From: Octopus vulgaris
Taxonomy: Eukaryota
Reading direction: 5' to 3'
DNA: 64,000 bases
Assembly (NCBI GenBank): GCA_951406725.2
Contig: OX597835.1
Location: 34,906,001 to 34,970,000 of the forward strand
Shown: one piece after another, positions 1 to 16,355 of the stretch
Layout of the letters: each line of letters starts with the position of its first letter
How positions within the stretch are numbered: the first letter of the stretch is position 1
The notes under the pieces: model-generated
What the model was told of the DNA's origin: nothing
What the model saw: only the letters and a program-made list of their open reading frames with translations
Databases searched by the model: none
Made by a program: the position numbers and the translations under genes

Positions 1-14
1 TGGTGATATATAAA

Positions 15-367
15 AAAGGAAATGAAGAAAATGCTGACAAATAATTAAAGTAATTTAAGTAATTTAATTAGGTGAAAGTTCTTTTTACCGGTTGCGCATT
101 TGTTATGCTTATCAAAATATAAAAGAGAGATTAGAGTTCCTTTCTTATAGAATTTTTCCTCATCAAAATATAAAGAGAGATTAGAGTTCCTTTCTTATAG
201 AATTTTTCCTCTTATCTCAGATAAGAGGAAAAATTCTATAAGAAAGGAACTCTAATCTCTCTTTTATATTTTGATAAGCATAACAAATGCGCAACCGGTA
301 AAAAGAACTTTCACCTAATTAAATTACTTAAATTACTTCAATTATTTGTCAGCATTTTCTTCATTTC

Positions 368-371
<4 letters not shown>
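15..371. repeat. Foldback inverted repeat of a PLE-type tail with a variant hammerhead at 269-302 (+) and its mirror
   Basis: Arms are reverse-complementary around cttatctcagataag (~217). The left arm has a ~50 bp tandem duplication; the right arm runs into (TA)n. Motif: TTGATAA-GCAT-aacaa-ATGC-GCAA-CCGG-TA. Confidence 0.85.
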
Positions 372-430
<59 letters not shown>

Positions 431-435
<5 letters not shown>

Positions 436-533
436 AGAGTTTACGAAAAAAACAAAAGATGAAGACAAGTGGTGTACAAAACAAACAGATGTATTAGTAT
501 AACGCTCAGGAATAGAAAAAGTCTTTTACGTTT

Positions 534-535
<2 letters not shown>
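431..535 (-). mobile_element. PLE-type 3' tail fragment with only the 3' half of a hammerhead
   Basis: Reverse complement reads cgaaacgtaaaagac...ctgagcgttatactaatac, similar to the tails at 8720-8885 and 9165-9352; bounded by (TA)n. Confidence 0.5.
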
Positions 536-570
<35 letters not shown>

Positions 571-631
571 TGTGTATATGTGTGTGTGTGTGTGTGTGTA
601 TATGTATATATATATATATATACACACACAC

Positions 632-674
<43 letters not shown>

Positions 675-1482
675 TGTGTGTGTGTGTGTGGTCCTCTTAG
701 AATTCTTGACAACGAAAGTAGGCACGTGTATATTTGTCAAGAGAATGGGTTTGTTTTTCTGCTCTCCCCGCCCCCTATGTATGTCATTCCTGAAGAGCAC
801 GTGTATTCGATAACGACCTTGTTGTCAAAAATCCAGTGAGACGCCGATCGGTAAGATCGGCTGCAATGAATCTATAATACTCTATAAATTGATTAACACA
901 GACATGCACACACAATCACGTGTGTACATGTATGCGTGTGCTTGTGTGTGTATGTACGTGCGTGTGTGTGTGCGCGTGTGCGTGTACGTATGTGTGTGTG
1001 TGTATGCATCTGCGTGTGTGTGTCTGTGTGTGTGCATGCGTGTGTGTGTCTGTGTGCGTGTGCGTGTGTGTGTGTGTGTGCGCGCGTATGCGTGTGAGTG
1101 TGCGTGCGGGGGGTGTATGCCTGTGTGTACGTGTATGTGTGTGCGCGTGAGCGTGTGTGTGTCTGTGTGAATGTGTGTGTGTTAAATAATTATTTACATC
1201 TCTCTGTGGACATGATTGTCATGTCCCCCCCCCCTTGGCCCGTTTTCCAATACCGGAACCCCATGGATTTTCTGGAAATTTTAGTTCCAAAGCCTTTCTG
1301 GACTACTGAATTTTCCCAATCAGGGGTGACCGCCATGATCAACATTCTCTAAATTTAACAAATATTAAACTTACTTATATAATTAAATGAAATACAGGTA
1401 TCTGTGCTTTAAAGTAAATTAGTGCAGATTATAAGTTCCGGATTATCCTACTATCAATATCTGGAAAATCGGTGTTGTTGTA

Positions 1483-2048
1483 TTGGGTTGTCCGGAAAGT
1501 TCGTGCCGATTTTTGAAGGAAAGAAAAAGGTCAATAAATACTTGCCATTACATTTTTAATCAACCAAATATGAACCATTTTGTTGCACAATGCGTCTCCA
1601 TCTTTCCTTAAACTTGAAAATACCCTCTTCCCAGAATTGAGGTGGTTTCATGGCAAAGAATTCATCGAGGTATCCTTTTAGTCATCCAAGGAATTAATTT
1701 TTTTTACAATTAAGTTTATACTGCAGAGACCTGAATAAGTGGAAATCCGAAGGAGCAATATCTGGTGAATATGGAGGGTGAGGTAACACATCCCAGCCGA
1801 GTTGCAGCAATTTTTGTTTGGTTCTCATAGCAACAAGTGCCGAAAATGAACTTTCTGATCTTCCATTTTAAAAGGTTACAGAATGAACACAGGTTATAGG
1901 AACATAAACCTTCTTCCACGAAAAGATAGCTTAAACTGTGCTCTAAATGGAGGTGTAGTCAAATCCCATTTTATGGACTCAACTATGTTCTAAAATAAGT
2001 TGAAAGGTAAGCTACTATAAATCGGCACGAACTTTCCGGACAACCCAA
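1483..2048 (-). mobile_element. Internally deleted mariner element
   Basis: 30-bp TIRs ttgggttgtccggaaagttcgtgccgattt (1483-1512 and 2019-2048), TA on both sides. The minus strand encodes [18 protein letters not shown], the mariner YSPDLAP motif. Confidence 0.9.
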
Positions 2049-2474
2049 TATATTGCTTTCCTTGACTTTTGATAAAGCACTACCTCAGGCGTTAAGATAT
2101 TGGTCAGACTGCTATAGTTGCTGTTGATGATAATATTGAACGAATTGTTAGTTGAAGTCTGCAGGGAAATATATTTGGAAAGTAATTCCCGCGGATACAT
2201 GACGACTCTGATAGAAACGGTGATCCGTGTAGGCTTGAGCGAACACGTTACGGGACAAGCATGTCCGTAAGAAGGTAAATAATTGCGATAACGCTACACG
2301 AATTTGACTGACAAGAAGGCGTGTATATACATTAAAAGTGGTCGTGGTTTGGTGACAGATTACAAAACAAACCACCTGTTTCCTTCTATATACTATTCTA
2401 ACAATGTGTGTGCGTGTGTGCGTGTGTTTTACTGGCAACAGTCTAAATATACTAGCAGCATTTTTTGTTGCGCA

Positions 2475-2700
2475 TGGAGGTAGGTAGTTTAGTGATTTTG
2501 GTATTCATATCACGACTGCGAGTTCGAAACCCTGTGGTGCGATGTGTCCTTGGGCGAGGCTCTTTATTTCATATACATTGCTCCAGTCCACTCAGCTGCT
2601 AAAAATTAGTTGTTATCTATATTTCAAAGGGCCAACCTTGTAACGCCGAATCACCCTGAGAACTACGTTAAGGGCACGCAGAAGTTTTGACAATGTGTTG
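2475..2700 (+). mobile_element. tRNA-derived SINE family D, diverged copy
   Basis: B-box-like gagttcgaaac; tgctccagtccactcagctg segment shared with 28977-29287. Confidence 0.6.
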
Positions 2701-2740
2701 AAAGTAATGAGATTATATCTGTATCTATGTATACATATAC

Positions 2741-2789
<49 letters not shown>

Positions 2790-2869
2790 CATACATACAT
2801 ATTCATATATATATATACGTATATACATATTTATATACACGTACATATACATATTTATATATATATATA

Positions 2870-2921
<52 letters not shown>

Positions 2922-2985
2922 TTTATATATATATATATACATACATATATATATATGTGTGTGTATATATATGCATACATACATT

Positions 2986-3034
<49 letters not shown>

Positions 3035-4169
3035 ATATCTCTTATGATAAAAGGCAGATTTTCTCTGCCTGTTCCCATGTTTCTTTTTAATACAATTCTA
3101 CAATATAGAATTTCTTCAATTGGAATTTACCTATGATTTTTCCAAGTAGATTCGATTGGGTCATGGCATGTAAAGTTTTTTTCAATTTGACCCCCAATTA
3201 AGCAAAAATTTGAGAAAACTCAATATTTTACGATTTGCCTCTCTCATTTCAAGTGGTTTACTCCTGCTATTACCACGACACTTTCTCCTACTTTCTCTTT
3301 GCAAGTGTGAAACTATTAAAGTGAAAGTATTTATATAACAGGGATGAGCCATTAATACTGGTCATCCTTTTTGCTAGAGGAAGATCCGCTATGGTCTTAT
3401 ATGCTACACCACTGGTTTTCAATTCATATTAATCAAATTAGTATTCAATTTTTCACCCTTATTATGTGTGTGTGTGTGTGTGTGTGTATTAGCAATTCGT
3501 ATAAAATTGCATCAATGACTTGAACTTAAATAAGTGGTTTCACATAAATGGGGATAAATTAAAAAGGTTTGTTGTTATTATTATTACTGTTTGACTATTG
3601 TAATCACGTTTGTTGGTTCCTCGTCAGGGAAACGTTGTTGTGTTGCATTTGTTAAATAATTGTAAACCGTAACCCTCCCCCTTTCGGAGAAGGGGCTTTC
3701 GTTATTGTTTAAAAATTGAATTGTGTCCCTGTTTGGGGAAATTGACAATATTTTCACCGTCTTTACGGAAGCATTTTTGTTAAAATGCCTTCGATAGAAG
3801 AAAGTCCAAAAATGAATTTCGCTGCAGCCGTACACTTCTATACAAGAGGGAGGACAAGATCCAATTGATCGAAATTGCAAGAGACAGGCCTACAATTCCA
3901 GTCTGTTATATATTTTGAGTATTGTTATCACTAGCGATATCAAGATATAACTTTGTATTTTGTATTTTATGTGTAGATGTATATATATATAGATGTACAT
4001 GTAATATGTACACATATATATATACACATACATGCATGCATAATATATCTACCCATACACACATACGCACACACACACATACATAGGGGCAGGTGTGGCT
4101 GTGTGGTAACAAACTACGTTCCAAACACATGGTCCTGGGTTCAGTCCCTCTGTATGGTGACTTGGCATG

Positions 4170-7523
<3,354 letters not shown>

Positions 7524-7526
<3 letters not shown>

Positions 7527-7724
7527 TCTTTTACTTATTTCAGTCGTTTGATTGTGGCCATGCTGGAGCACCGCCTTTAGTCGAAGAAATCGACCCAGGA
7601 CTTATTCTTTGTAAGCCTAGTACTTATTCTATCGGTCTCTTTCGCCGAACCGCTAAGTTACGGGGACGTAAACACACCAGCATCGGTTGTCAAGCGATGT
7701 TGGGGGACAAACACAGACACACAC

Positions 7725-7783
<59 letters not shown>

Positions 7784-7920
7784 TACGGCGAGCTTCTTTC
7801 AGTTTCCGTCTACCAAATCCACTCACAAGGCTTTGGTCGGCCCGAGGCTATAGTAGAAGACACTTGCCCAAGGTGCCACGCAGTGGGACTGAACCTGGAA
7901 CTATGTGGTTGGTAAGCAAG
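7524..7920 (-). mobile_element. tRNA-derived SINE family A (dominant SINE, internal microsatellite)
   Basis: B box ggttcagtccc; tail ggcggtgctccagcatggcc...gtaaaagag; many near-identical copies in the window. Confidence 0.9.
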
Positions 7921-8327
7921 TTATACATATATATTTTGCAAGAGAGAAAATGAGATATTAAAGCTTAAAATATATGCATATACACTCATTCACAAATTAC
8001 TGCTTAATCTTTAAAACCTAGTACGGTAATATAATTGACTGTGTATGAAATGAAAAAAACACATGTAACTGTATGCTTGCCAAAAACACGGAAGAGCTTC
8101 AAGTAAAAATAAGAGTTTTTCCCCTTGACATATTGCTTCAGCACTGTTTACTTTTTTTGCAAAGATGGCGTCCTATTGAGAGCAAAAAAGTTTTCTCTAT
8201 TTAAGTTAACAATCGTTTATCGTGAAACCGGTACTTATTTAATTTGTAATGAAGCAATGATGGAATATGTTCCTAGTATAACTATAAATTTTATTATACA
8301 AACTTTCTGTGACTTTCACATTTCTTT

Positions 8328-8373
<46 letters not shown>

Positions 8374-8376
8374 ATG

Positions 8377-8448
<72 letters not shown>

Positions 8449-8452
8449 TGTC

Positions 8453-8495
8453 GTGCGCTGACGACGGGTGAATATTCAGAAACCCGGGTCCGTGC
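8453..8495 (+). ncRNA. Minimal type I hammerhead ribozyme motif
   Basis: gtgcg CTGACGA cgggt-gaat-attca GAAA CCCGGG TC cgtgc: intact core, palindromic stem III, GUC site, 5-bp stem I with wobbles, weak stem II. Confidence 0.7.
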
Positions 8496-8719
8496 ATATC
8501 ACGTCAGGTCGACGATGGGAAGGATGGCTTCCCTTTGCAAATACCAATAGGGCACAGAAAGTGTCAATAGCCAACTGGAGAAGATGTTCTCCTGGGACTA
8601 CAAGCTACAGTAGCATCCACCCTTAGTGGTTATCCACATTTAAGTGGCAAATATACTTCACATTGTCGTGCAGCTATTGTCTATACCTCGTTCAGAGATT
8701 TATTATTGCTATATATATA

Positions 8720-8885
8720 TATAATCCAAAAGAGAACAAACACAAAATAAATACAACAACGCAAAGACGTGGTACATGTAATGTATTAGCAGATGCTCAA
8801 AGATGGTTTAACGTTTCGAGCAGACGCTCTTCTTCGGAAGCAGAGGAAAGTCCAATAAAAGGGAAGACAGAGGAAGAAAATGTAT
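8720..8885 (-). mobile_element. PLE-type tail with degenerate hammerhead (8806-8841)
   Basis: Reverse complement: gctt CCGAAGA a gagc-gtct-gctc GAAA CG TT aaac; U4 is mutated. Confidence 0.65.
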
Positions 8886-9108
8886 GTAGGGGAATGGTTG
8901 GTAGAAAGGTGTTTAACTGGCAGTTTGAAGTATGTGCGTGCGTGTATGTATATGTTGTGTGTGTGTGCTTTGTGTTTTCGTCTATGTGCATGTGTGTATA
9001 TGTCCATGTATGTGTAACTGTGTGCGCGTATGTATGAGTGTAAGTTGTGTGTGTAGGAGGCATATGTGAGTTCATATGCGTTGTTTCTTCTAATATATAT
9101 GTGTGTGC

Positions 9109-9157
<49 letters not shown>

Positions 9158-9164
9158 ACCGCGT

Positions 9165-9352
9165 GTGTACCGTTGGCGATTTTTTCCCTACGTCTTCCCT
9201 TCTCTGGATCTTTCCTTTTCCTATGTTTCTGACGAAGAGTTCCGCACGAAACATTAAACCCTCCTTCTTTCCTGAGCGTCCAATAATACTATACTTGTTC
9301 CACTTCCTCGCGTTGTTGTGTTTTCTCTTTGTGTTTTCATGTTTAGATTAAC
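9165..9352 (+). mobile_element. PLE-type tail with degenerate hammerhead (9225-9259)
   Basis: gttt CTGACGA a gagt-tcc-gcac GAAA CA TT aaac, followed by a U-rich tail. Confidence 0.65.
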
Positions 9353-9360
9353 TATGTGTG

Positions 9361-9622
9361 TGTGTGTGTATTTCGTTTTTGGATCTGGTTTGCAACCTTT
9401 TCAATGGTCGAAAAGGTTGCAAGACACAACGAAAATTTTTTGAAAAATAAAGAAGAAATACGCGGAAATTTTACCGGTGGGTGTTAAATTATAATTTAAC
9501 ACTCACCGGTAAAATTTCCGCGTATTTCTTCTTTATTTTTCAAAAAATTTTCGTTGTGTCTTGCAACCTTTTCGACCATTGAAAAGGTTGCAAACCAAAT
9601 CCAAAAACGAAATACACACACA
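9361..9622. repeat. Near-perfect foldback with a nested hairpin in each arm
   Basis: Palindromic centre aaattataattt (~9491); each arm contains ttgcaaccttttc-N7-gaaaaggttgcaa; flanked by (TG)n/(CA)n. Confidence 0.9.
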
Positions 9623-10020
9623 AAAGAGAATGACTCTCCCCAGACACAACAGTATAGGTATACGTTCGTATATGAAAGTATTCGTATGTTGTATTTATAT
9701 ATATGTGTATTTATGTTTCTTTTCTGTGTGTATTCTAATGACGAGGCAAAGCATTCATAAATGCAAAGCCAGAAATCCGGATCTAGAATTATCCAGTAAT
9801 TTTTTTACTAGTTTCATCTTGTCTCTTTGTTTTCTCTCCGTGTTGATATATGGACAATTAAGGTGGTTTTAGAGTCAGATCATGGCTGCTATTTTCAGCG
9901 TGGTGGTATCTCGTAGATACCCTAATTTATAATTTTAATAATTATTACCTTTGAAGGTAATTTTTTCCCATGCTGACCACTTGATAAAATCGTTATTTTA
10001 TTTTAAATTAACGATCTTAT

Positions 10021-10076
<56 letters not shown>

Positions 10077-10214
10077 TATATGTATGTATGTATGTGTAGC
10101 GGTAGCTGATATTCCTCACTGTTTGAGAGACACAACAGGAATGATCTCGCTTGAGATTACAGCCATCTTTGGCTGGGTTGTCCCTGTTGTGTCCACTGAT
10201 CTGATTGGTTAACA

Positions 10215-11055
10215 TGTAGCGCGGTTTGTCTCTACTTTATTTCGCGCCACTGTCCAAAGCCAACTAATCACGTCCTTAGGATAAGGTCACATGACACAGT
10301 CTTTTGGATGTTCTTCGGGAGCCTCTAGAATGCTTTAAAAGGCCTCAGAATCTACCATTGCAGGTCTTTGGTCTTCGGCCATTGACCACACCACCACAGA
10401 GCAGCCAGTTCCAGCGACGACCACACCAGCCATGTTCCTGCTACAGCCAGCGACGACGCCAACATACACCAGCAATGCAGGACGCCATCACCACCGTCGA
10501 CCTCAAAGATGTGTACACAGCAACTCGCTCAAGTTTAGCTTACACGCTGTTCGTGTAGACACACCAAGGTTAACAGCACAACTCTACCGGCGAGATCTTC
10601 TGTACCGATGTAACCTGGCAAATGGATCGAAGCCCCAACTTCTACACGCGTAGTAACTGCTCTCCTCTTTGCCCCAACTTCATTGACACAGAACGAACTG
10701 CTATAGTGTACCTTAAGAACTGGTATTTATCTCTATCTTGTGTCTGGACATTTCTATTTGTTCTCTATGTTCACCCTTATAACACACACGAACACACAGA
10801 CACAAACACTTCTTGCATGCACACATACACAACACTGGCTAGCACTCACAACCCTCTATAACCTTAACACCTTGTAAATAAAATCTTATCTTCTCTCAAA
10901 CAGTGGAACGGCTTGTCCTCATTCATTTATATTCTGTTGGCACTGTATTGTATGAATTGTATTATGGCTCATCTTATATTGTTAGGGATGCGACCATGTG
11001 GCTTACAAAGGAGACCTATGTCACCAACCTCCTCACATACGGTCGTATATCTACA
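10215..11055 (+). mobile_element. 5' LTR of a Gypsy-type LTR retrotransposon
   Basis: TGTAG...CTACA inverted termini, AATAAA near 10877, followed after 1 nt by a PBS. Part of it recurs inverted at 20066-20347. Confidence 0.8.
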
Positions 11056-11056
11056 T

Positions 11057-11072
11057 TGGTGACCCCGACGTG
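11057..11072 (+). other. Primer-binding site complementary to the tRNA-Trp 3' end
   Basis: TGGTGACCCCGACGTG is the reverse complement of CACGTCGGGGTCACCA. Confidence 0.8.
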
Positions 11073-11129
11073 CTTTCATTCTCAAACATAGTCTTGTTCA
11101 TCAGCTTTAAGTTTCTGGTAATATATATA

Positions 11130-11161
<32 letters not shown>

Positions 11162-11165
<4 letters not shown>

Positions 11166-13154
11166 ATATACAAAATTACTACACTTCCATTAACCCTATT
11201 ATATTAAATAAGGCTTTAATTTTTGCTAGAAAATACATTAAGTATGGGTGAGATTAGGGTTATCTTAACAGCTAGGAAAACTTTAATAGAGTTTGATAAT
11301 AAACTTTGGGCTAGAAAGGACACACCCAACTTGTTCGACATCACCATGGGATCGCCGGACTCAGCGGAAGTGACTGATCTAGTTGGGATGTATCTATTAG
11401 ATAACATTAGTAGGGAATTCCCTGAATTAAAAGGAGGACTATATAGGGATGACGCTTTATTTTGTGTAAATAATACATCTAATAGGAGATTAGATCTTCT
11501 GAAAAAAAGACTAAATAAACTTTTAAAAAGTTTTGGCCTATCCATTATCATTGAAAGTGAAAACTATTCTGCTAATTATTTGGATGTCAATTGTAACATT
11601 ACTAATGGGATACATGAACCTTATATCAAACCCAATTCTAACTTAATATATATAAACTGTTCTAGCAATCACCCCACTCAAATTAAAAGTGCACTAGTGC
11701 GTAGCATTAGTCAGAGAATTTCTTATTTATCCTCAAACGAGGACATTTTTAATAAGCATTGTGATAGATACAACGCAGCATTGCTGAAAGCAGGCTACAA
11801 AAGTAAAATATGGTATATACCCAAGGGGAATCCTTCAAATGGAGGTGGAACTATTAGGAACAACGCCAATAGTTTTAGGTCAAACAATAATAACTGTAAG
11901 AAAAGGAAAAATAGAATATATGAAAACGCCTATGATAATTATAGAGGTGTTGTTAACCTCGGAACTGTGGATGGTAGTTTAAATAAATCAGCGCAAACAG
12001 GTGATGGTAGTAATATTAATAATACTCATTTCAAAACTTATGGTAGATATGATAATAGTAAAGTTTACTTACGTAATAATTATGGGAATATTGATAATGA
12101 TAGACATAACAATGACATTGTTAAGGATAGTAAACATATGGGATGGTCAAGGAATAAGGTTTTTACTAAAAACAATAATTTGATAGGCAACCCTAATACT
12201 GATAAGGATACACTTTGGCTTATTATCCCATATGCACTGCAGATAAAAACAGACATAGTTAGAGCTTTGCACAATGTAATATTTAGGCACTTTGGTAAGG
12301 ATATGAATAAATTTGGTCATTTAATTAACAATGGTACTGTTAGAATAGGATATAGCATTACACATAATCTAGCCACCATCATCTCCTCTTTTAATAACAG
12401 GAAACTGGATTACTTCTATAAAGATAGAAAGTTGAATTTAGATAATAGGAATTTGCCTCTCTTTAATAGTAGGAACAATAAATCTTTTGGAGCTAACGGG
12501 AACAACCCTCTTACAAATTATGAGGGTACCGTACCTGTAAGGAAAAATATTAATGTAATAGATGATACTACTACCACCAATACTAGTACTATTGATAGGA
12601 ATATCGCCAATAATGATAAATTAATTCATTCGTTGAATTTGGGTTTGGATGGTAATAATAATTGTAACACTACTAATGTGAATTGTGTTACAGGAATGGG
12701 GACCAATGTTAGATTACCCCAACCTGTTGATAACTGTAATTTCAGAAACAGAAATAAATGTGTGTTTGGTAATCAATGCCTCAGGAAGGAGGTAGTTTAC
12801 CAATGCACTGTGGATACACAATTTAGTAGTAGGGTATATATCGGAGCAACTATGAATAGCATGAAACAGAGACTTAATTATCATAGATATACTTTTAGAA
12901 ATAAAAATAGGATGTACTCTACAGGGTTAAGTGCATACATTTGGGAACTCAAAAGTAAGAACTTAGATTTTAGATTAAATTGGAAAATACTAACTTCGGC
13001 ACCTGTGTATAATGGAAAAAATAAAAAATGCTCTCTATGTATTAATGAAATTTTTTTCATTATCAAAGCAGGTAGGCCTATTATTAATAACATAAATGAA
13101 AAAAAATTTTTTTGCATTCACAAACTACCGTACACTTTCTCTAGATTTAAATAG
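11162..13154 (+). pseudogene. Penelope-like RT + GIY-YIG endonuclease with Asn-rich inserts
   Basis: FDIQNYYTSINP (RT motif A) from 11162 lies in another frame, with a frameshift near 11240. The 643-aa ORF has FDITMGSPDSAEV, GLYRDDAL, NYLDV, SSNHP, VVYQC..YIGAT..KQRL..H and CSLC. Confidence 0.9.
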
Positions 13155-15592
13155 AACTTAGCTTTTCTACTAGTAATATTTTAACTCCCTTCTGTATCTA
13201 ATTATACTAGTAGTCTTCTACAATTTTAAAACATGCAACTTATAAATTTATAATTTTATATAATTTTGTAGCTACACATGTATATAAATATATATGTCCA
13301 GTATTAATTGTTTTTTGTATGTGGTTTTTTTGTCTTGTTTTATAAGGGTAATACACTGCGGCAAGAAATAATATATTCATTTTGGTACATGCTTAGTAAT
13401 ATGAGATTCTTGAAGTTTTCTAAAATTACAGAGTGTGTAAGAATATCATAGTTAGATACCTGGTTTTAGATACTGTAATACTAATATGTAATATATGAGA
13501 GTCTATATTGGATCTTGTTTGTTTTGGTTGAGAATATGGGTTTTTACAGGTTTTTATTTGGCAGGCTTATATATTTTATATTTAGTGTATCTTTGTACTC
13601 ACCTAAATTTGTATCTTATGCTATTTATTAATAAACATATTCATTTACTCACATTTGGCTTTATACATATTAGCAGTCTTATATATTTAGTCTATATTTG
13701 TAGTCATCTTGATTTGTACATTATGTTATTCATCTATTTATTTTTTTTACTCATTATCTACAGGTAAAAGTTTACATAATATTAGCCTGTATACTAAGTT
13801 TATATATGTACTTTCTTCAATATATATCTGCACTTTATTTTATGTTATTTATTTACCTATATACTCTTTTATGCATATGTGGATATATGCATATTAGCAT
13901 TACTATATATTAGGTGTACCTATGTATTTATCTGAATTTGTTTTCTATGGTATCTATCTATTTATTTAGTCATTTACTTATTTATTTATTTACTTATTTA
14001 AGTGTAGATATATACATACATATCAATTTTTTATTTTAATAATATATGGATACATGTATACTAGTTTGTACTTATACTCTGTATGTAATTTTAATTATTT
14101 CTTCTTATTTATTTTATCACATTTTAATCTTAAGTAATTACAATTTATTAACTTATAATTAATTTAATTTTTGTTATTTACTTATATACCATTGTATTGG
14201 TAAGTCCCCCACTGATATTATTTAATGCCAAATCTTGTTAATTATTACATTTGTATCTATGTGTCCACGGATGCTTAAAAGTATATTTATATATAAGTAC
14301 TATGAATGTTTACTCGCAAGTCACATATGAAAATAAACGGTGCGTTTGTGTATATCTGCTGTTATACATGAGTATTATTATGGGCATGTATATTTGAGTG
14401 TAATTCTATTAGTTCGTAGGTTAGGTTCTTTGATGGATAAATATTAATATTATAATGGCATTGGATTTATTACGTAGAAATGATATATATTGATACTATA
14501 AAGAATTTTTGTCTTGTCTTGTCTGTTTACACATCCCGGAATATTTCCGTATTTTGACTTCTTACAATTAATCTCTTATAATTTAATTGCTATAAACCGA
14601 TGTCAATTTAGTATATGTATGTTTCTATGTCTATTGATAGTCAAACAAAAATGTTTAATCTATACTTTATAACTTAGCGTACATGTGATTATAGCAAATT
14701 ACGGTGAAATCAGTAAACGTTATGTTATGTAATACTATGACTACAGAAAAAACGGTGGCATATGCTTTGTGTACCCTACGAAAAATTACATTCTATGTCT
14801 TGATATATAAATATATGTATCTTTATAACAAATATTTTATGGAAATATGTGAGTGGATCTTCTTAGTTAATATAGTGGCATTGTTGTTGTTTTGGAGAAG
14901 CTTGATGGCTGCATAGTTACGATTATACCTCTTTTATCATTTATTTATTTATGTGTTTGACGGTGTTTGTGGATATGTATGTGTATGAGTGTGTGTGTAT
15001 ACATATAATTATGTATGTATGTGCGATTGATCTGTGTGTGCGTGTGCGTATGTGCGTTTCTTGACTAACTAACCATAAAATTTCTTTTGTGATTCAAATT
15101 TAAAACTATAAGCCAATCGAATCAATCTAGAATAATCAATATCAAGCGGACAGAAGAATCAGACTTATAGATATGTAGATGTCCGATTGATGTACTTGGT
15201 ACAGACATGGTTGTATTTATTATTATTACTATTATTATTATTATTATTATTAATATTAATAGTAATTTTTATTGACTTTTATAGGTTTATAATTTTATGA
15301 ACTGAACTGTGTTTTTTTAATTATTTTTTATGTATATGTCTGATTTAAATTTAAATGTGAGTGTGCATATATTTTCCTGTAGGTTAGTTTTGGAATTAGA
15401 AGCCCAATATGTAGAATAACTGTGTTTGTTAATATATATTGATATATTTTGTTTTGTTTATTTTGTATTATTGTATTAATGAGTATATATATATGTGTAG
15501 TATTATGAGTGTCTATGCACACGTTTTTATATTTTATATTTTTATATTTATATGTATAAAAAAATTTTTTTCACACTTATAATAAATTAAAT

Positions 15593-15667
15593 TCTCTGAA
15601 GAGGCCGTGGGACATCCTTGTTAATGTCTTATTTATACTTGTCCTTACGGCCGAAACAGCTGTCAGA
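15593..15667 (+). ncRNA. Type I hammerhead ribozyme in the Penelope 3' region
   Basis: tct CTGAAGA ggccgtgggaca-loop-tgtccttacggcc GAAA CAGCTG TC aga: intact core, long stem II, palindromic stem III, GUC. Confidence 0.85.
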
Positions 15668-15874
15668 TATGATATAATTATATATTATATTTTATATTTC
15701 TATTTCCTTGTCTAATTATATTTGCAATATATTTTGTATAATGCCTTTGCTGTTATGTAATGGTGTAATAAAGTATTGATTGGGTATCATCTGATGGTTG
15801 ATGTTTGATTGATTTAAGTATGTTTCTCCATTTTCTAATTTTGTAGTTATATATATATATATATATATATATAT

Positions 15875-16172
15875 GAGGTGCAATGGCCCAATGGTTAGGG
15901 CAGCGGACTTGCGGTTGTAGGATCGCGGTTTCGATTCCCAGACCGGGCGTTGTGAGTGTTTATTGAACGAAAACACCTAAAGCTCCACGAGGCTCCGGCA
16001 GGCGGTGGTGGCGTACTCTGCTGTACTCTTTCGCCACAACTTTCTCTCTCTTTCTTCTGTTGGCCTGCTCGCTTAGCCAGCGGGGTGGTGTCATTTAAAG
16101 GCTAAAACAATGCGAAGTGCATTGTGACCAGCGATGTGTAGCAACATCTGATAGCCTGGTCGGTCACGGTGA
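15875..16172 (+). mobile_element. tRNA-derived SINE family C
   Basis: A box tggcccaatgg and B-box-like gtttcgattcc in a tRNA-like head; bounded by (TA)n. Confidence 0.65.
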
Positions 16173-16355
16173 TATATATATATATTTACTCGTTTCTCAA
16201 TAATATTATATATACGTATAACCCTCTATGGCTTTCTTATGCTAGTGAAATTGTTACATCGTACTCTGATAGACACACATGGCTTTGTTTACATTGTATT
16301 TCGCCTAGAACGGTGTATATTATTATTATTATTTTTTTAAAAAACATATCCGTTA

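Larger units (their letters stand above)
11162..15847 (+). mobile_element. Penelope-like retroelement, 5'-truncated, with long 3' UTR, inserted in (TA)n
   Basis: RT and C-terminal GIY-YIG coding region, then ~2.7 kb AT-rich tail with a hammerhead at 15593-15667; (TA)n on both sides. The 3' boundary is inferred. Confidence 0.8.

Noticed and set aside
784-830. cattc-CTGAAGA-gcacgtg as a possible hammerhead
   Set aside because: No GAAA, stem III and UH in register downstream, and no consistent permuted fold found.
3037-4090. tctcttatgataaaagg as the 5' end of the large Helitron
   Set aside because: Only loosely Helitron-like and separated from the helicase by unrelated fragments; cannot be linked from this sequence alone.
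4093-4169. N-terminus of the 247-aa helicase ORF
   Set aside because: It is a SINE head fragment fortuitously in frame with the Helitron helicase.
10304-10558. 84-aa ORF duplicated at 19998-20279
   Set aside because: It lies inside LTR sequence; the similarity reflects the repeat.
15875-15950. tRNA-like sequence
   Set aside because: It is a SINE head continuing into a SINE body; no convincing acceptor stem or terminator.
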